Positions 1 to 11,650 of a stretch of DNA of 64,000 nucleotides are shown piece after piece (the stretch's first letter is position 1; every line of letters begins with the position of its first letter). The position numbers were made by a program, and so were the translations under genes. The notes under the pieces are model-generated. The model searched no databases, was not told the origin of the DNA, and was given only the letters and a program-made list of their open reading frames with translations. This stretch comes from Octopus bimaculoides (lineage: Eukaryota), in contig NC_068999.1 in assembly GCF_001194135.2 (NCBI RefSeq), forward strand, positions 25,921,922 to 25,985,921, given 5' to 3'.

Positions 1-559
1 GAAAAAAGTGAATTTTATTTATTGAAAGCTGATGATACATGACTACAGAATGACAATGTTTTAAAATATCTCCTGTAAGTCTATATAAGGGTGATTTAGA
101 TAGCCTCAGTAGAGGCAAAGAAAACAATTGAAGACAGACATTATTGGATTCTTTAAACTTTGAACTAAAAGCTTTCATCAGTGCAAGAAGATAAGTTCTA
201 CTAACTGAAATGATTAAGAACTATATTTTCAATTACAAAATTCATGTGACTGATAACAATTTAATTTCCAAGAGGTATAGATATCAGTATGGAACATGTA
301 CAAGTATGTATGTAGTGAAGTATGTGGTGCATACATGTGTATGTATGTTTGTATAACTATTCAGGGATCTCAGTCAAGCCTGAATTTCATCCACCATCAT
401 CACATATTAGCATAATTCCTTCCTGAGACATAAATATCTGATTATAGTCTGAGATAGATAATTATCTATTTCAGATCCATCTCTACTCTCCAAGATACAC
501 TCTTTAACTTTGCTTTGATAAGTAATGCCTGTATATAAATAGAAACACTTACTGCTCTC

Positions 560-1240
560 TCCTGTATTTCAGCAGCAATTATTTCCAGTTACTCTGGCTC
601 AGAGACCCACAAAGTTCTTTGAAGTTCATCTGCTGCCTCTAACATTTCTCAAATAAATCTCCAGTTGCCATCAACTCTTTCTCCAGTTGCCATCACCTCA
701 CTTCATTTTGAAGTCATTGTAATTGGAGAGTTAAATGTACAAAACGTCTGCTGGCTCAAGCCCTCCTCCCACATTGATACTGCTGGTGAACACTAAATTG
801 TTTGCCATTCTGAACTGTCTCACATTTATGTGATACTGCCACTACATATACACATTCTTGACAACATACGAAAGAAGGCTACCTAATTACTTCACAAATC
901 ACCTACACTCCAACAAATAGCTTAGTTACTTCTTTCTGTCTCTCTTATCACTACAACATAGCTTCTTCTCCTCTGGACTAATGGATAGCATACTTTCTTC
1001 AACTAAGTTATGTGTCCTATCTTCATCTCATTCTCTCTACTTCACTTCTCAGACCTTGCAGCAACCCCGTTTCCCACTCCTTCCTTCTTGGAACTGTAAC
1101 CCTCTGGAATTCCTCCCCATTCCACAATTTTCCTACAGTCACTAACTTCCAGGTGTTCGAGCAGAACATCAACTACATCTCTCTAACCAATCAAGAACCT
1201 TCAAAGATCATGGATATTGTTCCTCTTTCTTTGACTTTCT
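560..1240 (+). mobile_element. Degenerate non-LTR retrotransposon fragments (CR1/Jockey-like 3' region)
   Basis: ORF 1012-1245 contains SFLLGTVTLWNSSP...FPTVTNFQVFEQNIN, resembling the SFFxRTxxLWNSLP C-terminal LINE motif. Otherwise decayed. Confidence 0.4.
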
Positions 1241-2233
1241 TATAAAAATATTTATAAGTGAATTACTGCTCATAAAATACATTGTGTGTAAGAAGAATGT
1301 CCACTGGGAATGAGAGTCAGAAATTTAGAAAAAAAATTTCATTTTAAAATATTTTCCTTAGCCCCAATTTTGTTAATTTAATTATGAAAGATAGAGTTCT
1401 TTATTATTCAGAGGACATTTAAAGTCAAACTTTTAAGGATTACTCATTTGAAGTTTATAAATTCCAGGTTTAGAAAGTAACAGGGTAGAAAAAAACTAAC
1501 AAATATAGAGAACAGTGGCAGTAGTCATGAATTTGCAGAATACATTTCTAGGGGTATTTCAGTTGTTGCACTTGATTGGTCGAATTGAATGAATGTGAAT
1601 AAAAAATAAAGTTTAGAGAAATAACCAAATAGAGATCAATCAGTAAAGTTATCTTTGCGATTTTACGTTATTATTTCCCTTGTCTTTCCTGCTCTTACCT
1701 CTAATTAGATTTTATGTTTGGTAGGGAGTTACAAAACAAACCAATAAAAATTAGAAACACTTGGCTTATCAAGTGGCAGTGGAGACAGAAAAGATCAGAA
1801 ATTTATTATAAAACTTACATTTCTGTGAGTTAACTGTTAAGATTTTAAGGAAGAAAAGAGAAACAGGTACACTGATGAGTCAATCCATGTAGCTATCAAC
1901 TAACATGTGACAGGTGCATGGTTTAAATTTTGCCGGAGGGCTTGTAGCAATTGATGCTTATAATGTCTTTAAAAAACAAGAAAAAAAGACAGTTATCTAT
2001 CTAACGTTCTTTTGTATTATTTTCTTCTACTCTGGGTTTGTGACTGAATGAAGTAAAAATAGTGAACAATATAAAAATATGGAGGGCAATATGTGCAGAG
2101 TATGAAACAAATTCCTGTTTCAATCTTTCAATGATAGGGATATTCTTATGTTCTAACATAATATATATCTTATATCTATTACTACAGTATATATCATTAA
2201 ATAAAGTAAATATGTATGAAAATAATTACTTAC

Positions 2234-2396
2234 AATTTTAAGATTCCAGACTTTTTCCCAATCATCATAAAAACAAAATCATGGTATGTAATTACTCCTG
2301 TACCAGTGCGATCAACTTGTTCAATCATCTTCTTAATTTCCAAATGTGTTTTGGCTTGGCCAAGTCTTTCAAGCATTCGTTTCACATCCATAATAT
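2234..2396 (-). CDS. AIF1: AIF1-like gene, internal coding exon (163 nt), EF-hand pair
   Basis: tttttcaaattag|ATATTATG...AAAATT|gtaagt. Translates IMDVKRMLERLGQAKTHLEIKKMIEQVDRTGTGVITYHDFVFMMIGKKSGILK (cf. human [24 protein letters not shown]...MMLGKRSAILK). The terminal exon was not found and probably lies left of the window. Confidence 0.95.
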
Positions 2397-2849
2397 CTAA
2401 TTTGAAAAATTAGAAAATATAAATCAGGCAACAGATCACTGTTGGGGGAGGAAGAGAGTTGTTTTAAATAAACCATAGTAGTTAACAAATAACATTATTT
2501 TTCAGGGCATTAATGTAATAATTTGAACATTATTGAAAGAATGTTTATTGACTCAGATGTTGGCTAAATGAGTACTAATAGCCTTCTCAACATTGTTTAA
2601 TTTAGTGGGGTGATTTGATTTTATGCTACTATATTAGAGTGTTTCATTTTGGTTTCATTTAAGAGTGGTATTAGCTCATGTCTAACAAGTAGTCTATTTT
2701 AAGGCAGTTGCCTCTATAATCTTTAGACTTAATTCTTTAAACAATTCAATAAAGTTTTATTCTTCTAAATTTATCAGTTTATCCATTATCATACATCGTT
2801 TGCTTATTTCAATCATTTGACTGGGACACTGACTTGAAGGGTTTTAGAC

Positions 2850-4679
2850 ACACTTTGCACCCATTTTCTCCTCACCAATCCAAATACATTACAGACTTCC
2901 TACAACAATCCACCTACTACAACCATTTTTTAGACCTAAATCAGAGAAACAGAAATGTGAAAGGGAACAAAATGTACTAGAACAACCTAAAATAATCAAC
3001 TTAACAAAGAAAATCCTAAGTACTACACAAACTAAAATTCTAGCAAGAGGTTTAAAGTTTACACGAACCCCTCGCAGATCAAACCCGAATGAAATTAAGG
3101 TTAACACTATGGACTTTTGTCGAAAATTATGCCTCACAGAAGCACTTGACAACTACACCAGCGAAGATGACTCAATAATAAAAAACAAAAGTGAATACTG
3201 TCCTACAAAAGGCAGAAATAAAGTACTTGATGATTCTTGTGAACACATTACCAATTTTCCTTTCAACACCCTACAAAAACAATGAATTAAATCCAACCTT
3301 AATACAAATGAATGGAAAAACCGAATCGAGTTAAAAAATGATATAAACCTGACCATTAAAGAAGCCAATAAAGGAAGTGTGGTAGTGGTGATGGACACAG
3401 AGTACTACAAAAATTTAATACTTTTCATGTTGGAAAACAATATTTACTATGAGAAGATAGTACAATACAACCCACAGAAGACATTTAAAAATTTATCCTC
3501 CTTACTACAAATACATGGAAAGGGCCTCACTAAAAAAGAAATTGACTATTTATCCAATTTTAAATACAGACCAAGTCTATTCTACGGATTACCTAAAATA
3601 TACAAAAATCCACACATTTGCAAAGCTTGCAAAGATTCTCCAAGCCTATGCCTTAATGTTCCTCCCGCTATTGACCTCAAACTAAGACCCATCATTGCTG
3701 GCCCTGCTTGTGAAACCCACTGTTTGAGCAATTTCCTTGACATCCTACTCAAACCATTTAAAAAATGTGAAAAGTTTCATCAGGGATGACTTAGACATGC
3801 TTAACCACCTCCCGAAAACAATAAATGAAGGAACCCTGTTAGTATCATTCAATGTGGTGAACTTGTACACCAATATCCCACACGATTATGGTGTAGAAGC
3901 AATTACCTTCTGGCAAGAAAAATACCCAGAAGATGCATCAACCACAGATTCATAATCGCAGCACTGAAATTCATCCTACTGAACAACTATTTCATGTTCG
4001 ATACTGTTTACTATCGACAAAAATGTGGAATTGCAATGGGAACTCAAGCTGCGCCAGTGATTGCGAACCTTGTAATGAGTTACCTAGAACTTAAAATATA
4101 CCAATCATCACTACAAAAATATGGCACCTCATTTCATTGCTATTTAAAGGAGAACTAGAAGAGGTATTTAGATGATTGTTTTATACTTTGGAAAGATAGC
4201 ATGGACAAACTCCTCGATTTCAAAATAATGCTCAACGATATCAATAGCAACATACAATTCACCATGGAACACAGCAGCAAACAACTCCCTTTTCTTAACA
4301 TTCTAATTAAAATAGTCAATAACCACATCGAAACAGACATCTTCTATAAACCCACAGATTCAAAACAATACCTAACATTCAACTCAAACACATAAAAATT
4401 AATATACCTTATAATCTGGCAAAAAGAATCTGTACTATAGTTTTGGACACCAATACTCATGAATGAAGCCTCCTTGAATTCAGATCAATACTAATCAAGA
4501 GATATTACCCAACATCATTAATAAATGATGGGATTAAATGAGTACAGGAAATACACATACGAACATTAAGGGAAGTTAACCGAAATACTACACCAGACTT
4601 AAAAATACTCCCATACATCTCCACACATAACCCTAGAAACAATGAAGCATTCAACATTATCATACAAAATCTACCCAAG
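2850..4679 (+). mobile_element. Penelope-like retroelement copy A (Neptune-like), RT pseudogene lacking its endonuclease
   Basis: Broken ORFs carry PLE RT motifs: ANKGSVVVMD, FYGLPKIYK, LRPIIAGP, NVVNLYTNIPH, GIAMGT, YLDDCF, FLNILI, FYKPTDSKQYL. Several stops and frameshifts. Confidence 0.9.
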
Positions 4680-6600
4680 GCTGATAAAGGGAGTGCAGTT
4701 GTCTTAATGGACAACTATATAACTCTAGTACTATCCATATTGGATGACACAACATATGAAAAGGCCCAACACTACAGTCAGCAGAAAATAATGAGAGACC
4801 TAAACTCCATGCTAAACCTATACAGAGAAGGGCTCACCAACAAAGAATATGACTATATGACCAATTTCAAAAGTAAAACCAGTCAATTCTACGGTATTCC
4901 CAAGATGCACAAAAGTGAGAAAATAAGTAACACATGCAGGAAAGCCACAGACATAATAATCAAAGTCCCTACTCCTAATGACCTCAAATTGAGACCTATA
5001 ATAGCAGGTCCTGCATGCAAAACCCACTGCCTCAGTAACTTTTTAGATACCCTCTTAAAGCCATTCCTCGAGCATATCAAAAGCTACATAAGGGACAACC
5101 TGGATATGCTCAATCACCTTCCTGAAACAATAAACAAAAACACCCTACTAGTATCCTTCTATGTAGTCAACCTCAATTCCAATATCCTCCACAACCTTGG
5201 AATAGAGGCAATTCAATTCTGGCTGGGGAATTATGCCAACAAACTCCCACATCGCATCAAAAAAGAATTCGGGATAGAAGGGCTAAAATTGGAGAATAAC
5301 TACTTTGTCTTCAATGACTTCTCTCGACAAAAATTGGGGACTGCGATGGGTACAAGAATGGCCCCCTCCTTTGCTAATCTAGTCATGGGATATCTAGAAA
5401 TTAGACTTCATCGTAAGGTTCTAGAAAAATACGGCAGCCCATTCTCCCTCCACATAGAAAATAACTGGAAGAGATACCTGGATGACTGATTCATTCTTTG
5501 GCATGAAAGTATAGAGAGACTTAGAGAATTCCAAGCACTTATAAATGGACTAGACATAAACATTCAATTCACAATGGAATACAGCCATCAACAACTTCCC
5601 TTCCTCGACATCCTCATTAAGAAATCTAACAACGTAATAGAAACAGATACATACTATAAGCCCACGGACTCCAATCAATATCTACCATTCAACTCATGCC
5701 ACCCCAGACACACCAGAATGAATATCCCCTTCAACCTAGCAAAAAGGATATGTACTATAGTTTCTAATGCAAAAACCAGAGACACAACTACATGAACTAA
5801 AGGATACACTCATCACTAGGAACTACCCACCTTCACTAATTGACATATGCTTTCAACGTGCCCTTCAACTCAACATCTACAAACTCGAACATCCCAAATT
5901 AAAGAAGGATTTACAACCAAAAGCTCTACCATACATCTCCACACACAACCCTCTTAATGAAGCCTTCGACACCATCCTTCAAAACATTCCCCTGCTAAAA
6001 AAGGACCACAGAATGAACTTAATCCTCCAAACACACACCATCATAAAAAGCAAGAGACAACCCAAATCTATGAAAAGTCTCCTAACACAAGCCCGAATAC
6101 ACTCCACAACAACACAAAAGCCGTCAGTAAAAAAATGCAGAACACCCAATTGTGAGATATGTGTCAATTTAATTGAGGGATCAGAGTTCTCCTTCAAACA
6201 GGGACAACGTTTCACAGTGAAAAGCAGCTTCACATGTACACCAGAGAACCTGATATACGCACTAACCTGCTCTGGGTGTCAAGAGCAATACAAAGGCCAA
6301 ACAAAAAACAGTCTACGTAAAAGGATGGCTCTGTACAGATCCCAGATCAAAATTTCCCAAAACAGAAAAATAGCTTTCAGCCAACACATCAACATTTGCG
6401 CCAGCAACAAAAATCCAAGCTTCAGAATTTTTCCCCTTACCAATTCAGGGACGATACAACCTGTAGCCAATGAATTAGTAAAGTGACTCTCTTTAGTACA
6501 AAATACAGACCACTTTTGAACGCATCTACAACAAACGACATATCCACCACGGCCTTAGAATAACACAAACACACACGCAAATATTAAAAATGATACACTC
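4680..6600 (+). mobile_element. Penelope-like retroelement copy B (Neptune-like), RT plus GIY-YIG endonuclease pseudogene
   Basis: ORFs 4707-5489, 5574-5795 and 5767-6486: ADKGSAVVLMD, FYGIPKMHK, GTAMGT, YLDD; linker CRTPNCEIC; GIY-YIG-like LIYALTCSGCQEQYKGQTKNSLRKRM. Confidence 0.92.
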
Positions 6601-6610
6601 AAGTGATACC

Positions 6611-6936
6611 CAAGAATTCATTAAAAAACAGTCCCAATCACTGCTATAATCCATAACGAGCTACTTTTAGGTCACTTGACCATTTAACATCCTACTACTA
6701 TCATACCATTTACATTCCTTTCTTATTCTCCCTTATCTTTCTCCTTCTTCTTCTTTGTCTTCTTCTTCTTCGCCACCTCCTTCCTAACTTTACCACTATT
6801 GCTGTTCAGAAAAACACCTATGCAAATTTTATAAACAATACATTCAAAAGAGATGTCTCAAGAATTCAATCACTACTACCATCCACAACAAGTCACTTTC
6901 AGGGCACTTGACCATTTAACATCCTACTACTATCAT
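6611..6936 (+). repeat. Imperfect direct repeat (about 70-90 bp) downstream of PLE copy B
   Basis: caagaattca...cacttgaccatttaacatcctactactatcat occurs at about 6611-6704 and 6859-6936. Confidence 0.75.
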
Positions 6937-7168
6937 GTCACTCCTGCATTCTTCTTCTCCTCCTCCTTCCCTGCCAAGAATTCACAATGACCTCAAACCC
7001 ACAAAAGTAAACAAGAGAGACAGAGACAGGCAGAAACAAAAAAAAGTGCACCTTGTATTTGAATACTATACAAATATTCTTTTAAAAAACTTTTCTTTTA
7101 ATTTTTCTAAAATTTAATTGCTTTCCACACTTACAGTTGAAAAAGTTTCAATGACTGAAACTGGTACT

Positions 7169-7648
7169 NNNNNNNNNNNNNNNNNNNNNNNNNNNNNNNN
7201 NNNNNNNNNNNNNNNNNNNNNNNNNNNNNNNNNNNNNNNNNNNNNNNNNNNNNNNNNNNNNNNNNNNNNNNNNNNNNNNNNNNNNNNNNNNNNNNNNNNN
7301 NNNNNNNNNNNNNNNNNNNNNNNNNNNNNNNNNNNNNNNNNNNNNNNNNNNNNNNNNNNNNNNNNNNNNNNNNNNNNNNNNNNNNNNNNNNNNNNNNNNN
7401 NNNNNNNNNNNNNNNNNNNNNNNNNNNNNNNNNNNNNNNNNNNNNNNNNNNNNNNNNNNNNNNNNNNNNNNNNNNNNNNNNNNNNNNNNNNNNNNNNNNN
7501 NNNNNNNNNNNNNNNNNNNNNNNNNNNNNNNNNNNNNNNNNNNNNNNNNNNNNNNNNNNNNNNNNNNNNNNNNNNNNNNNNNNNNNNNNNNNNNNNNNNN
7601 NNNNNNNNNNNNNNNNNNNNNNNNNNNNNNNNNNNNNNNNNNNNNNNN
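7169..7648. other. Assembly gap (N run)
   Basis: Other gaps at 23881-23890, 36070-36079, 37360-37886, 44995-45549, 46213-46454 and 56414-57238. Confidence 1.
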
Positions 7649-7686
<38 letters not shown>

Positions 7687-7689
7687 GTA

Positions 7690-7880
7690 TGTGTGTATCT
7701 GTGTTTGTCCCCCCACCATTGCTTGACAACTGATGTTGGTGTGTTGATATCCCCGTAACTTAGCGGTTTGTCAAAAGAGATCGATAGAATAAGTACTAGG
7801 CTTACAAAGACTAAGTCCTGGGGTCAATTTGTTTGACTAAAGGTGGTGCTCCAGCATGGCCACAGTCAAATGACTGAAAC
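7690..7880 (+). mobile_element. 3' half of a tRNA-derived SINE (family A)
   Basis: The same family occurs in reverse orientation at about 26760-27035, 36700-37025 and 58560-58690. It has an internal microsatellite, and the 36.9-37.0 kb copy retains a tRNA-like head. Confidence 0.7.
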
Positions 7881-7892
7881 AAATATATATAT

Positions 7893-8800
7893 ACATTTTC
7901 CTTCCAATGAGCAGGAGGTCCCATCTTTGCAATTGCAATTCTTTGGAAAAGAATTGGCACTGTGGTTATTTGCAATTATCTTATTGTTGTGTTGGTTAAT
8001 GAAAGAGGCGAAGTTTTTGCAACAAGAATAGCTGATCTTAAGCGTTCGTCTATTAAATATTCTATAAAACTTATGGTTGAAAATGTCTATATACTAATTT
8101 TAAGAATTCCCTACCTATATTTGTTTCTACGGCCATATTAAAAGCTGGATTGAACCACAAAACCCTCCTAGTCCTAGTTCTATGTGTTGCATTACTGCTA
8201 ACATTAAGTTTGTTATACTGGATCTTCTCAGAGATGGAACCTCCTGTCCATTGGAAGGAAAATGTCTGGAGAAAGGAATAGCATATAGAGCCAAAGTGCA
8301 AAAAGAAGGCTCACATGAATATAGAACATACACAGGGGCTTCTGAAAATTCTTTCAAGACCCGATTTTATTCTCACAGAAATTCCTTCTGATACCCCAAA
8401 AATAGGACAAAGACCAGCCTGGCAAAATATGTCTGGGAATTAAAAGCAAATGAAACCCACCCTTTCAATGTGACATGGAGAATTTTAGATAAAGCATCAC
8501 CTTACAGACACGGTGCACATAAAAGACCCATCAAACGTAATTTATGCCTTTTGGAAAAATTCTATATTTTATTCCAGGACGATAGTGCTTTGAATCAAAG
8601 ATGCCAACTCTTGAATTCCTGCAGACACGCAACAAAATTTAAAATATCAGCTGACAAAATACCATATGGATAGTATATATTTTTTGAATCTTGAACTAGT
8701 TTTCAATCCCACTGTTGAATTTGTATTTTGTAATGCATGGTTATTTCACATTGCAAAGATATTGTATTTATTTCGAAGTATTTCTTTAGAAAACCTTCGA
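7893..8800 (+). mobile_element. 5'-truncated Penelope-like element (Naiad-like) with inverted 5' segment
   Basis: Plus strand 8233-8673 is GIY-YIG-like (CPLEGKCL, IAYRAKV, YTGASENSFKTRF, WRILDKASPY, LCLLEK, CRH). Minus strand 8232-7893 encodes the region normally upstream of it (RRVLWFNPAFN, TNIGREFLKL, CNCKDGTSC). Clade assignment is inference. Confidence 0.85.
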
Positions 8801-9605
8801 CTGTTTTATATATATATATATTATTTTCATGTTTAAGATTTTATTTTTTATTTCATTTTATTGTATCTTACAAACCCATTTAATCGTTATATTTATAGAT
8901 AATTCGATATATGGCGTTCCATTTTGCATGTCTTTTACCCGATTTTTATTATTATACACTCAGCAATTGTAAAAAAAAAGTTGTTTGTATATATACGTTA
9001 GGACCTGGATATATTTTTATATGGATGTCTGTATTGTAGGCATGCATATGTATTTGTATGTGTGTGTCTGTGTATATGTGTAAGTAAGCGTGTATGTTTA
9101 TACTTGTACACATACATACACGGATGTATATGTATGCATTTATACACTTATATTTGTGTAGATATGTATTTATGTGCATATTTCCATATATTTATATATG
9201 TGGTCTTATATGTGTATTTATATGCTAATATATACTTATATATACATATATATATATGTAATTTTATTTTATGTGTATGTTTGTTATACATATTCCGTCA
9301 CCTATCTCTCTTTTTTCTTTCCTTATGCAAAGTATCCTTTCTCTCCCTATTCGTTACTTTGAAAGTGTCCTTAAACAATGTGTTTCTCTTCTCCCTCCCC
9401 CCTTACTTCCCTCTTTCTTTCACTAGCTGTTATGTTTAGGGTTCTTCTTTTCCCCCTCCCTACGTTTAAAATATACTTCCTATTTCTCTTGTCTGTTACA
9501 ACCGACTCATATATGTATACACCATGAGAATTTTGTGTGCATGCATGGTTGCATACATATATGTATATGTGTATTTGTGCATATGTTCATGTCTTATATA
9601 TGCCT

Positions 9606-9997
9606 GTCGTGGAGGCGCAATGGCCCAGTGGTCAGGGCAGCGGACTCGCGGTCATAGGATCATGGTTTCGATTCCCAGACCAGGCGTTGTGAGTGTTTAT
9701 TGAGTGAAAACACCTAAAGCTCCATGAGGCTCTGGCAGGGGATGGTGGCGAACCCTGCTGTACTCTTCCACCACAACTTTCTCTCACTCTTACTTCCTGT
9801 TTCTGTTGTGCCTGTAATTCAAAGGGTCAGCCTTGTCACACTGTGTCACGCTGAATATCCCCGAGAACTACGTTAAGGGTACATGTGTCTGTGGAGTGCT
9901 CAGCCACTTGCATGTTAATTTCACGACCAGGCTGTTCCATTGATTGGATCAACTGGAACCCTCGACGTCGTAAGCGACGGAGTGCCAACAACAACAA
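9606..9997 (+). mobile_element. Full-length tRNA-derived SINE (family C)
   Basis: A box TGGCCCAGTGG, B box GGTTTCGATTCC, (CAA)n tail. Near-identical copy at 41806-42197. Confidence 0.9.
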
Positions 9998-10585
9998 AAA
10001 TATATGCCTGTATATGTATGTAACTATGTGCATGCATCTGTGTATTTTGATGCATATATGTATATTATAGATGGCCTAGTATGGGTATATACTGTTGCAA
10101 AAAATATTTATGTAATGCAGCGTGAAAATTTTAATTTTAATGTATTAATTGACTTATATTTCATATACAATTATTTACAATATGTATTTTGAATCTACTC
10201 TTCGATTTAAGGTTTTTTTCGATTTTACAATAGGATGAACTTATATTAAATTCATTTATTTTGTTCATTGCATGCTTAAGACTGTTAATTGAAAGGACCA
10301 ATGAAACAAATCCATTTTTAAAGGTGTATCTTTTAACTAGTTTTGATTATATCGGTTCTATTTTAACAAAATTGTCCGATGAATGGGAACGTGAAACTCT
10401 GAGTAACAGCTTTCATTATATTTATGGTGCCTTTAAATAAAGTAAATATATATATATATACACAAGATGCTGTGAATAGATTGTCATCTCAATTGCACAA
10501 AAATGGAAATAACACTGACGTCTCATTTTTAAAGATATATTAACCAAAATTACATTAAAATATTTTGAAATACTAAAGAGTAAAT

Positions 10586-11650
10586 TTATTCAATAAAATC
10601 GTCATTGGCTTCAATCATGGCCTCCAGATGACTCTGTAATCTCCTGCAACGCTTCTGGATGGTCTCCTTGTTTAATTTGATGAATGCTGCCATAATCCTT
10701 GCCTTCAGTTCATCTTTGGTGTTACAAGGAGTTTTGTTGGTCTCTTGCTCAGCTGTGCCCCCCACATAATAATCATGGGAATTGCAGTCTAGAGAGTTAG
10801 GTGGCCAGATATTAGGGGTGATATGGTCACAGAAATTTCCTGACAGCCATGACTGGGTTCTCCTGCTTGTGTGGCATGGTACAGTGTGCTGTTGCCAGAC
10901 ACAGGGTCTTTCAGCAGCCACCCTATTGACCCAGAGTAATACTACCTCCTCCAGGCACTTGATGTAGGCTTCTGTGTTGAGTCTGAGGCCATTTGGAAAG
11001 ATGAACGGAGGCATAATGTCACCATCACTAGTGATCACTCCAAACATCATGATGTCAACTGGATGTTTGATTTTTATCACTCTCAGTACATGTCTTGGGG
11101 ACATGGCAAGCCAACAATTGTTCTGTATGTTCACCATCTGATCCTGGCAGAAATTTTTCTCATCTGAGCAAAACCAAAGTATGATCAGTTGGAGGGGATG
11201 CTTAAGTTTGTTCAAAAGTTTCATAGCATGGTCTTTCCTCCTGTCCTTGATGGCTTGGGATAAAAATTGGCCCTTTCTCATCTTGTATGAGGAATACCAA
11301 ATGTCTTCATGCACTACCAGCCTGATTAGAAACTCAGACATTCCCATGCCTCTGGTGATGGATCTGATTGACTTGAAGGGATTGTTGTCAATCTCACCAA
11401 CAAATTCAGGAGTTCTTTTCTCATCAGAACCATCAGAGTGAGTTTTCTGAGCTGTCGTACCTTCATAATCACCATTAGACTCATCCAACTCTTTCTGAAT
11501 CCTCTGCACTGTCTTGAGATTAACATCCAAACACTCTGAAATGTTCATATTGGAGCTTCCAGCACAAATACCAAGCAGTACAGCATGTCGTTTCCAAATT
11601 TCTGACAGTGAATTCATCACGGTGCTGCTTTTCTCATAGGCAATACCCAA
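10586..11650 (-). mobile_element. Tc1/mariner superfamily DD37D (maT-type) transposase ORF, 354 aa
   Basis: Motifs WFCSDEK, WQQ(H)TVPCH and WPPNSLDCNSHDY, with 37 residues between the second and third catalytic positions. The second Asp is replaced by His. No clear TIRs. Confidence 0.88.

Noticed and set aside
7131-7168. Perfect minus-strand donor (gtaagt) next to a gap, suggesting a hidden exon
   Set aside because: The sequence resembles SINE pieces, and the AIF1 exon chain is already complete across this intron.
7114-7729. Long ORFs made of X residues (also at 37.3, 44.8, 46.1 and 56.3 kb)
   Set aside because: Artifacts of translating N runs.
8380-8400. In-frame TGA in the Naiad-like endonuclease as possible selenocysteine
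   Set aside because: It does not fall at a Cys motif position and is more simply explained as CGA-to-TGA decay.
8952-9439. Tyr/Ile/Cys/Val/His-rich ORFs (also 47544-47967, 58649-58971, 59217-59734)
   Set aside because: Translations of (TA)n, (TG)n and (ATGG)n microsatellites; no coding signal.
9606-9690. tRNA-like sequences at SINE heads
   Set aside because: A/B boxes are present but there is no complete cloverleaf, and they continue into multi-copy SINE bodies, so they are not tRNA genes.
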